Below, in pieces: positions 28,203 to 37,600 of a stretch of 64,000 nucleotides of DNA. Origin of the DNA: an uncultured delta proteobacterium. GTDB taxonomy: Bacteria; Myxococcota_A; Polyangia; Polyangiales; Polyangiaceae. The notes under the pieces are model-generated. The model worked only from the letters and a program-made list of their open reading frames with translations, had not been told where the DNA came from and made no database searches. Positions within the stretch are counted from its first letter, which is position 1; every line of letters starts with the position of its first letter. A program made the position numbers and the translations under genes. The stretch is taken from contig CAWDXG010000004.1 of assembly GCA_963806225.1 (NCBI GenBank), forward strand, positions 128,001 through 192,000, written 5' to 3'.

Positions 28203-28949
28203 GTGAACGCTCGGCTGGTGTGGATCCTGGCGACCGGCTTCGCGCAGAGCTGCATCGCGCTGGTCGGAGCGGTGACGCTGCTCCTGCCCGAGCGTGGGCT
28301 CAAGCGCCTGCTGCTTCCACTCGTCGCGCTGTCCGCCGGAGCGTTGATGGGCGGCGCGCTGTTCCACATGCTGCCAGCCGGCGTCGAGCGCCTCCACGAC
28401 AGTGTCGTTCCGTACGTGTGGGTTGCGGTCGGCTTCGCCGCCTTCTTCTGTATCGAGCAGTTCCTACACTGGCATCACTGCCACCAGCCGACCCACGATC
28501 ACAAGCAACCGCTCTCGTACATGCTGCTCGTCGCTGGCGGCGTGCATCATCTACTCGCGGGGATCGCCGTCGGCGCCAGCTTCATGGTCGACATACGTCT
28601 GGGGATCGCCACCTGGCTTGCCGCCGCCGCGCACGAGGTTCCGCAGGAGCTCGGCGATTTCGGTGTCCTGGTCCACGCGGGCTTTTCGCCGCGCCGCGCG
28701 CTTGCCTACAATTTCCTGTCCGCCTTGACCTTCCCGATCGGGGCGCTGCTAGCGTACTTCACCGCGCGCCAGCTCAACGTCTCCTTCCTGCTACCGTTCG
28801 CAGCCGGCAACTTCCTGTACATCGGAGCGGTGGATCTGGTGCCGGAAGTGAACAAGCACCGCGGACTGGGCACTGGCGCGCTGCACTTCGCCTGCTTTGT
28901 CGCGGGGCTCGGCGCCCTGCTCGCGCTGGCCCTCGTGCTGCACCATTGA
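28203..28949 (+). CDS. ZIP-family divalent metal transporter
   Basis: LSAGALMGGALFHMLP, His-rich loop HWHHCH, AHEVPQELGDFG, AAGNFLYI. Confidence 0.9.
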   Translation: MNARLVWILATGFAQSCIALVGAVTLLLPERGLKRLLLPLVALSAGALMGGALFHMLPAGVERLHDSVVPYVWVAVGFAAFFCIEQFLHWHHCHQPTHDHKQPLSYMLLVAGGVHHLLAGIAVGASFMVDIRLGIATWLAAAAHEVPQELGDFGVLVHAGFSPRRALAYNFLSALTFPIGALLAYFTARQLNVSFLLPFAAGNFLYIGAVDLVPEVNKHRGLGTGALHFACFVAGLGALLALALVLHH

Positions 28950-28997
28950 TCGAAGCCGGCCCGGTCGGAAAATCCGCGTCCACCCTTGTCTCGAGGC

Positions 28998-29013
28998 AGG
29001 CGCGGTGCTTGCA
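28998..29013 (+). promoter_or_regulatory. putative sigma54 -24/-12 promoter
   Basis: AGGCGCG-gtgc-TTGCA: GG(28999-29000)-N10-GC(29011-12). Confidence 0.55.
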
Positions 29014-29023
29014 TGGCAGCCCT

Positions 29024-29356
29024 ATGATGATCCCCATCCAGATCACCTTCCGGGATGTTCCCCATTCGACGGCCCTCGAGGATCTGGTCCGCGAGCGCGC
29101 GAGCAAGCTGGAAACCTTCAGCGATCGAATCGTCGGCTGCCGGGTGGCGCTCGAGACGCCCCACCGACACCATCACAACGGCAAGCAGTATTCCGTGCGT
29201 ATCGACCTGACGGTGCCGGGCGACGAGCTGGTCGTTAGCAGCGATGGCGAGGACATGTACGCCGCGGTCAACGAGGCCTTCCAGGACGCCCAACGCCGCC
29301 TCCGCAATCATTTCGAGCGTTTGCGCGCCCAGGCGCGCCACCCGCACGGCACATAG
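29024..29356 (+). CDS. HPF/RaiA-family ribosome-associated protein
   Basis: PIQITFR, SKLETFSDRIVGCRV, VRIDLTVPG, EDMYAAVNEAF..RRL. Confidence 0.88.
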   Translation: MMIPIQITFRDVPHSTALEDLVRERASKLETFSDRIVGCRVALETPHRHHHNGKQYSVRIDLTVPGDELVVSSDGEDMYAAVNEAFQDAQRRLRNHFERLRAQARHPHGT

Positions 29357-29370
29357 ATCACCGGAATCAT

Positions 29371-29400
29371 GACGTAATCAGCGATTACGTCCGGCCTTTT
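29371..29400 (+). terminator. hairpin, candidate intrinsic terminator after HPF gene
   Basis: GACGTAATC-agc-GATTACGTC perfect 9-bp stem, TTTT a few nt downstream. Confidence 0.45.
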
Positions 29401-29435
29401 CACCCTCCCCGCCACTCTGTGCTACCGCTGGGGCT

Positions 29436-30467
29436 ATGCGGCTGGCTGCATGGATCCTGACGGCCCTGGCGCTGATCCTTCTTACCCCCGCGAGCGCGCT
29501 TGCCGGGGGGCGGCGTACGCACGTCGTGGCCAAGGGTCAGACGCTCGGGATGATCGCGCATCGGTATCATGTCTCGATCGCGGCGATCTGCCACGCCAAC
29601 GGCCTCCGGCGGCGCGACCCGATCCGGCCCAAGCAGAAGCTGATCATCCCCTCGCCCGACGACGACGACGGAAGCAAGGCGGCGCGCGCCCGACGCGCTC
29701 ACGAGGCGCGCGAGGCGCACGAAGGTCACAGCGCAAAACTGCCCCACAGCTCGGGGCTCCACGTCCTCGACGTGCCGGGCGCTCCGCCCGCCTACTACTA
29801 CACGCCGATCGGTCGCGGGCGGCTGGGCCTGAGGCCCGTGATCATGTACCTGCATGGCCGCGGAGGTCATCCCGCCTCGGACTGCCAGCGCTGGGCCCCG
29901 GTCGCGCGGCGCCTCGGGTGGCTGGTCTGCCCGAGCGGTCAGGAAGACCGCGGCAACGGCGCGCGCGGCTGGAACAACAACTGGGCGGCGGGGCACAACG
30001 TCGTGATGGCGACGCTGGACGCGCTGCGCAAGAAGTACGGCCACCGCGTGCAGCTGTACGGGAACACGTTGATCGGCTTCAGCGAGGGCGCGTACGTGGC
30101 GATGAACGTCGGTGTGCGTGAACCGCGCGCGTTCAACCGCTGGCTGATCCTCGCTGCGGACAGCGACTACTGGGGCGCGGCCGGACTGGAAGCGCTACAG
30201 CACGGGCGGCACCGGCTGCGCCGCGTCTACCTCATCACCGGCCAGCACGACGGCGTCGCGGAGAGCACCCTGCAGGTGCGGCAGTGGCTTCGCAAGGCCG
30301 GCGTGCCCGTGCACATCTCCCGGCCGAAAGACATGGGGCACGAGGTCGAGCTGGAGCGCAAGCGGCCCATGTATCGTGCGGCGCTGGTGTGGCTCGCCCG
30401 CGGCAGCGCGCATCCGCGCCACCGCGTCGCCAAGCACAGCAAGCACCACAAGGGCCGCCACCGCTGA
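29436..30467 (+). CDS. secreted LysM domain + alpha/beta-hydrolase (esterase) protein
   Basis: Signal peptide, LysM HVVAKGQTLGMIAHRY..IRPKQKLIIP, YLHGRGG, GFSEG, HD, GHE. Confidence 0.85.
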   Translation: MRLAAWILTALALILLTPASALAGGRRTHVVAKGQTLGMIAHRYHVSIAAICHANGLRRRDPIRPKQKLIIPSPDDDDGSKAARARRAHEAREAHEGHSAKLPHSSGLHVLDVPGAPPAYYYTPIGRGRLGLRPVIMYLHGRGGHPASDCQRWAPVARRLGWLVCPSGQEDRGNGARGWNNNWAAGHNVVMATLDALRKKYGHRVQLYGNTLIGFSEGAYVAMNVGVREPRAFNRWLILAADSDYWGAAGLEALQHGRHRLRRVYLITGQHDGVAESTLQVRQWLRKAGVPVHISRPKDMGHEVELERKRPMYRAALVWLARGSAHPRHRVAKHSKHHKGRHR

Positions 30468-30469
30468 TC

Positions 30470-31375
30470 GTGCGGGCGCTCCGGCTATCCCGCGCCGCCC
30501 TGTTCCTCGTTGCGCTTCCGGTGGCGTGCCATCCGGCGCGGTCCGTGCCAGCGCCGGCCGCTGCCGCAACGACCCCATCCGCGCCGGCCGGCAGCAACGC
30601 CACCACAGACGCGGCGGCCGCTCCGCCCGCGCCGGTTGAGACCGCTCTATCGGCTTCGGCCTCCACGCCCCCGACGCCACCGCCCCCTCTGCCGAGCGAC
30701 GTGAACCCCGGAGTACCGGTCGTGCTGCCCGTGCCGGGCGACGCGGCGCTCAGGGTGATCCAGGGCGAGGCCGGCACACGCGAGGCGATCGTGTACCTGC
30801 CGGGCCTCTGCGGCGACATCACGGCCGTGGACTCCTGGGCGCACGCCGCGAGCCGGCATGGCACGCTCGTCGCCGTGAACGGCGACCTGCGCTGCCACGG
30901 CGGACGACGCTACCGCTGGAGCGGGAACATCGCGCGCATCCAGCGGCGCATCGATCGCGCGCTTGAAGTCGTCAGGACATCACGCGGCGGACAGCTCGGC
31001 ACCCGGCAGCTGACCTTGATCGGCTACTCGCAGGGCGCGACGCGCGCCCAGGCCCTGGCCGCCCGGTATCCCGAGCGCTATCCGCGTGTGCTGCTGGGCA
31101 GCCCGCCGGTCCGGCCTTCCGAGCGGAAGCTCTCGGGCGTCAAGGCCGTGGCCGTCGTCGGCGGCCAGCTCGAGCACAAGGCGAAGATGCGCGAAGGCGT
31201 GGCGGAGCTGCGCGATGCGGGCGAGCCCGTGCGCTTCCTCGTGCTGCCCTCCGCCGGTCACGGCCACTACGGACCAGACGCCGACCGCGTGATGGGGCAG
31301 GCGCTCGAGTTCCTGTTCCAGAGCGCCCCGCCGGACGCCCGGGCGCCGGTCAGTGCCAGGCCGCCGCAGCCTTGA
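30470..31375 (+). CDS. alpha/beta-hydrolase lipoprotein with Pro-rich linker
   Basis: Lipobox-like PVAC, IVYLPGLCG, LIGYSQGA, AGHG. Confidence 0.75.
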   Translation: MRALRLSRAALFLVALPVACHPARSVPAPAAAATTPSAPAGSNATTDAAAAPPAPVETALSASASTPPTPPPPLPSDVNPGVPVVLPVPGDAALRVIQGEAGTREAIVYLPGLCGDITAVDSWAHAASRHGTLVAVNGDLRCHGGRRYRWSGNIARIQRRIDRALEVVRTSRGGQLGTRQLTLIGYSQGATRAQALAARYPERYPRVLLGSPPVRPSERKLSGVKAVAVVGGQLEHKAKMREGVAELRDAGEPVRFLVLPSAGHGHYGPDADRVMGQALEFLFQSAPPDARAPVSARPPQP

Positions 31376-31637
31376 TCGGATTGCCGGTCCGGTCGTGCGC
31401 GGCAACCAGCGTCTCGGCCTGCACGATGCAGGTCACGCAGCTGGCGAACTGCGAGCCGTGATCGCACGTGATCCAGGTCGCCGTGGCCGGCGGCCCCGTG
31501 AACTCGTCCGGATCGATGTGCCGCCCGCAGGCCACGCAGTGGATGTGGGCCTGCTGCTGCGACGGATTCGGTCCGGCCTTGTGGCCGGGGTCGAGCGCCT
31601 TCTTCTCGCGCTTCGTCAATCGCTTGGTACGCTTCAT
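31350..31637 (-). CDS. small Cys/His-rich putative zinc-binding protein
   Basis: 95 aa, basic N-terminus, CVAC..CDH..CVTC..H; protein-like composition, immediately downstream of the TPR gene. Confidence 0.7.
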   Translation of the reverse strand: MKRTKRLTKREKKALDPGHKAGPNPSQQQAHIHCVACGRHIDPDEFTGPPATATWITCDHGSQFASCVTCIVQAETLVAAHDRTGNPIKAAAAWH

Positions 31638-31689
31638 CGGTCGCCCATCCCAGACGAAAAGCGCGCCCGACGCAAGCGCCTGGGCAGGC

Positions 31690-34600
31690 CTATCCGCCGC
31701 CGAGCTGCTCGTACAGCGTCCGCGCCAGCTCGTGGTCAGGGTTCTCGGTGAGGGCCTTCGAGACGAGGATCTTCGCCTTGCGCGGATCCCCCTGCTTCAT
31801 CGACAGCCGCCCGAGCTGGTAGTGCGCTTCGGCCTTGGCCTCGCTGGTGGCCCCCTCGGACGGATTGTCACCGGTCGGTCTCATCATCGTCACGGCGCGG
31901 AACGCTCGCATCGCGATGTCGTCGTCGTCGACGTCCAGCGCGAGCTGGCCGAGCTGGATCGCGACCGGGCCGTTTCTTGGATCCATCTCGAAAGCGCGTG
32001 TCAGCGACGCGAGGGCGTCGCTGAGAAAGCCCTCTTCCGTCTGGATCCACGACATCTCGCGGTACACGTCCGACAGCTCCTTGACGCGCCGACCGCGCTG
32101 CGCCGACACCACCTCTTCGAGCAGCGCCATGGCGTCGGCGCTGCGCCCGTTGAGCGCGTACGCGCGCGCCAGCAGCACGGCGCTCGCGATGTTGCCCGGG
32201 GCGAGCGTCCGCGCTTCCTCCAGCACCTGGGCGCCGAGCCCGGGGTCGCCGTCCGGAGCGAGCAGCAATTGGCCCGCGTCCAACAGGAGCTGGACGCGGC
32301 GTTCCGGCTCGGTTTCCGCCGCAGCCTGATCGAGCAGCATCTGTGCTAGCTCGCGATGCGCCCCCGTCGACTCGTAGAGCGCAGCAATCCACTCGCGCAC
32401 CAGTTCGTTGTCGGGTGCAACCGTGAGCGCGTGCTCGAGTCCGGCGCGCGCGTCGTTGAAGCGCCCTGCGCGCTGGCAGGCGTCGGCCAGGCGTAGTGCA
32501 GCATCCACCAGGTCTGCTCCCTGTTCCACAGCGACCAGCTGGTTGTAGGCGTCCGCAGCGGCGGACCACTCCTCTGCGGTCGTTTCCAGCACCGCCAGCC
32601 GTCGGAGCGCCTCGACGTTTCCGGGCGTTTCACGGATCAGCTCACCCAGTCGCGCCCGTGCGCCGTCGATCTCTCCAGCCGCTTCCAACACTTCCACCAG
32701 GCGCAGGGTAAGTTCCTGATCGCGCGGCGGTTCGGCACGAGCGACCGCACGTTCGAGAGCCTCGATCAACCGGTCGGTGTATCCGCCGTCGACCGCATGC
32801 GCGCGTTCGAGCTCCGCCAGCGCTTCGTCGTCGCGGCCGAGCTCGCCGAGTAGCGCGGCGCGGCCGGCCAGAAGTGCCGGCTCCGGCGCTTCCTCGTCGA
32901 CCAACCGCTCGATCAGCTCGAGCGCCGGCTCGGGCTCGCCCGCTGCGCGGTGCGCCTCGACCAGCTCTGTGATTGTCGCCAGATCGGTTGCCCCGCGCTC
33001 CACCGCCTGGCGCAGCACGCGCGCGAGTCCGCCGGAGTCGCCGCGCTCGCGATAGCGCGTGACAAGCTGCTGCCGGAGCTCCTCGTCTTCGGGACAGGCG
33101 ATTGCGCCGAGCTCGAGCGCACGCTCCTGCCCTTCCTCGTCGCCCTGGTCCGCTCTGAGGGTAATCAGCCGCTCCAGAAGCGCCTTTGCCTGTTCTCCCC
33201 GTTCGACCTGCAACAGGCCTTCGAGCGCTTCGCCGATGGAGAATTCGTCGCCCTTCGCCTCGGCCAACCTGAGCACCGCTGTGAGCGCCGGGCGGCTCTG
33301 CGCGTTCCAGTCCAGCATCGCGCGGTACACATCCAGAGCATCGTCAGAGCGGTCCTGCTCCTCCAGGAGACCGCCCAGCCTGAGTGACAGCTTCTCGATG
33401 GCGTCGACATCCTGCCGATCCTTGGCGGCATCGACCTGCGTGACGAGGAGCAGCACGAGTTCGTCCAGGCGTCCGCTCTTTTCCAGGATCGACGCGAGCA
33501 GCGGGCCGGCGCTCTCGTCCGCTGGATTGTCTTCCAGCACCTCCTTGAGGATCTGCTCGGCCTCGTCCAGCTGCTCGTCCCCTTCGATCAACAGGGTCGC
33601 CTGTTCGGTGCGCAGCTTGCTCCGGTCCTCGATCGATTCCACCAGCGGCGCGGTCTGCTCGATGAGCTGGATCACGCGATCGCGATGGCCGAGGCGCCGC
33701 TGGACATCGAGCAGCGGGCGCCACACTTCGCCGTCCGCCGGCTCGCGCAAAAGGAGCTCTTCATAGATGCGAGCAGCCCGTTCCAGATCGTCGAGGCCCT
33801 CGCGTGCTTCCCGCGCCACATCGAGCATCAGCGCGCGTCGCTCGTCCGTGGGCAGGAATGATGCGGCCAGCTCTCGCAGTTCCAGCGCCTGCCCCCGCCG
33901 TCCCCCCAGCGCGTGCAGGCGGGCCAGTTCGAGGCGCAGCCAGGCCGCGTCCGCGTCCTGCAGCTCCATGTCGTTGTCCAGTGCAGCCTGGAGCACCGTC
34001 TCGGCCAGACCGGGATCGCCGACCCGCTCGGAAAGTGCCACGGCTTCGTGCAGCACATCGGGACGCCGCGCCGACGCGCGCGCGATCCGGGCCAGAGCCT
34101 CGGCGAGCGTTGCTTCACGGCCCTCCATACGCCCGATCCGTTCCAGCAACGCGAGCGCGCGCTCCGGCGCGTCCGGGGCGTCCAGCACTGGCCTGAGCAG
34201 GCTCTCGGCACGATCGGGATCCGGGGCCAGCTCCAGGCCGCGGTCGAGCAGGCCAAGCCCTTCTTCGCACGTGTCGGGGTCGCCGAGCCGCACTTCCGCA
34301 AGTCGGTACAGGGGTTCGGCGTCCGACGGTGTCTCGCCATCCTGCCAGGCCGCCACGCGGCGCTCGAGCACCTGCGCTTCCGCGTCTCGATCGCCCAGCC
34401 AGTCGTACACGCGCCCCAGCGCGGCCCAGGCAGCGTCATCGGGGTTGTTGGCTGCCTCGAGCTTGTTCTGGATGCCCTGCGCCCGGTTGCGGATGCCGCT
34501 CTGCCGGGGCGCCTCGGCGGCCGCGTTCTCGGCGTGGAGCACGACCAGATCAGCCAGCACACGTGCTGCGTCTGCGGGCTCCAGATTGCCGGCGAGCCGG

Positions 34601-37600
34601 GCCTCCAGGGCGCGTGTCAACAGCTCCTGCCGCCCGCGGCGGCGAAGAGCCTGCTCCAGGCGCCGGGCCTCGTGATCGCTTTCCAGCGCGGCCTCGAGCG
34701 CCGATTCCACGAACTCGCCCGCGCGGACCGGGTCGTCCTTCTGCGCGGCGATCTCGCTCAGGTCGAGCAGCGCCTCCGCGCGGCTCGGCCCCTCGGCGTT
34801 CGCACCCCGCCCCAGCACCAACAGCAGAGCTCGATACATGCGTTCGGCGCGCTCGAGCTCGCCTTCCTCGAACGCGAGGCGCGCCAGTGCGTGCAGTATC
34901 CCGGCGTGTGCCTGGTCGATCCGGTTCGCCGCCCCCAGCTCGGCCAGCGCTTCCTCCCGCTGGCCAGCTGCGAGCGCGACACGGGCCAGTGCGAAGTGCA
35001 CCAGTGCGCGGTCCTTCGGACGCCGCGAACCGTAGCGCTCGATGCGCGCCCGCAGGATGGCGCTCGCTTCGTCGAAGCGACCTGCCTGCGCCAGCGCGTC
35101 CGACAGCGCCAACGGCAGCGATGCGTCCTCGGGATCGAGCGCGGCCGCCTGCTCCAGCAGCGGAACGGCCGCTGCCGGGTCTTCGCGCTTTTCCAGATGC
35201 AGGTTGGCCGCTTCGCGCAGAAGCGCAAGCTTCGCGGCAGGCGCAGGAGCGCTCTCCGCTTCAGTCACCAGCAGGCCGGCCAGCGCTTCCCAGTCGCTCA
35301 CCTCGCGGTACAGGACGCCGAGACGCTGGCGCAGTGCTGCGGGATCGACGGCCCGCTCCAGCGCTTGCTCCAGGCGGGCGCGTGCCCGCTTTCTCAGGCC
35401 GGCTGACGCGTAGGCCTCTGCCAGCTCGAGCGCGCGCGGCGCCAGAGCATCCGGCGACGACTGGGCCACCAGCCATTCAAGGACCTCGGCGGCCCGGCGG
35501 TGTTCGCCGCGCGCTTCGTGGATGCGGGCGAGGGCCTCGAGCGAGGCTTCGCCGCCGAGCCCCGCGCCCTGCCGGAAGTCTTCCGCAGCGCGCTCCTCGT
35601 CGTCGAGACGATCCCTGCAGATCGTGGCGGCGCGTGCCCACAGCTCCGCTCCGACGGTGTTTTCGCCGGCCTGGGCACGGCAGCGCGCCTGTTCCTCCCA
35701 CAGCGCAGCCAGCTCCCCCTGCCGATCTTCCTGCTCGAGCAATGCCGCGAGACCGCCGACCGCGCCACTCGCCACGCTGTCCGCCGGATCTTCCGCGAAT
35801 AGCTGCTGGAACAGCTCGATGGCCCGCGCTCTGTCGCCGAGCCGTTCGGCGCACAGCACCGCGGCGTCGCGCTTGAGCTCGCGTCGCCGCTCCGTCTCGA
35901 ACGGCAATCCGGCGCCGCGTAGATACAGTTCGACAACGTCCTGGTGCTTGCCCTCTGTCGTCAGTCGCGAGCTGAGCACGTCGAGCCCCCAGGACGCAGC
36001 GCGCGCAGCGCCGCTGTCGTCGGCGTCGCGCTGCCACGCCTCGATGGACAGCTCCAGGAGGTCGTGCAGCACCTGGTGGTCCTCGCTGCGCGCAGCGTCG
36101 CTGGCGGCCACTTCCACGGCGAGCGGCCACTGCCCAGCAGCGACGAACGCCTTCAGGGCCGCGCCGGCGTCCCCGGTGCGCGATCGGTGCAATTCGCCCA
36201 GCTGCCGCAGCAGCGCCGAGCGAGCCTCGGCATCGTCGGTCGCTCCGGCTTCCTCGCCCAGCAGCGTCGCGAGCTCCGTCCAGCGCTGCTCCGCCTCGAG
36301 CAGAGCGACCAGCGCGTCGAAGCTTTCCGCGTCGCGTCCGTGTTCGCTCCGTACGCGACGCCACACCTCGATGGCCGCGGCGTTGTCGGTGAGCCGCTCG
36401 GCGAGCGTGCGGGCGATGCGGACGCGATCGACACGCACTTCCGCAGAGTCCCCGCCCAGTTCTGCGCGCTGCTCCAGGGCGACAATCAGATCTCTCCAGC
36501 TGCCCGCCTGGGCGAGCGCGTCCACCAGACCGTCGAGCGCCTCGCGATCGCCTGCATCGTCTTCCAGCCGCCGCTGCCAGTTCCTGACGGCGCGACCCGG
36601 ATCCCCGAGCTCTGCTGCAGCAACGCGCGCGGCCTCGCCCAGCGCGCGGCGGCGCGCGTCCGGATCGGACTCGAGGTCGACCCGCCGCTCCAGCACGTCG
36701 CAGCGCTCCGGCGCGCGTCCACTGTCTTCCAGCAGCTTGTCGAGCGCCCGGGCTGCTTCCAGTGCCAGGTCGTTGTCCTCGTTTTCAGGCGAGAGCACTT
36801 CCGCGAACAGATCGATGGCCGCGCTCGACTCGCCGAGCTCCCGGTAGACGGTTGCCGCTTCCGACAGCAGGCCAAAGCCGAGTGCGGCGTCGTCGCTGCG
36901 GCGCGCCACGGCAACCAGCAGGCCGGCGCGACGCGCAGCCGAGCCGGTCCGCTCGGCGAGTTCGGCCAGGCGCTGCCGGTACTCCGGCGACGCGGGCTTG
37001 ATCGCGACGAGCGACGACATGGCATCGAACGCGCCCTGCGGATCATCGAGCGTGTCGAGCCGGAGCCGGACGATTTCCTCGAGACCCTTGATCCGCGTCT
37101 TGTCGTCATTGGCCGCTTCGAGCTCGATCTCGAGCATGCGCGCCATGTCTGCGGTGCGCCCCTCGGCCTCGTAGTGATTCTTGAGCCGGCGCGCCGCGCG
37201 ATCGCGCACCGTGAAATTGCGCTTGCGGCGCCGCCCGCCGGAGCTGGGCGTCATGGTGTCGCGCGAAGCCGGCAGTGCGACCAGCCGTTCCAGAAGCTCG
37301 TAGCCGCCCGCTCCGTCGGAAGCGTCGTCGAGCAACGCCTCGAGCAGCTCGAAGGCGGGCAGCGCCTCTCCCAGGTCCAGCCAGAGCGACGCGATACGCG
37401 CTCTCTGGTCGGCGAGCTCGCTGCCCTCGAGCCCCGGCAGGCGCTGTGACAAAAGCTCGATCAGCGGCTGGAGCCGCCCCTCGCGCTCGTACAGCCGCTC
37501 GAGCGACGACTCGATGCGGGCATCGCCAGGCGCGGCGCGGTTCAACTGTTCCAGATACAGGATCGCGCGGTCCGGATCGGCGGCGAAGTCCTTGGCCGCC

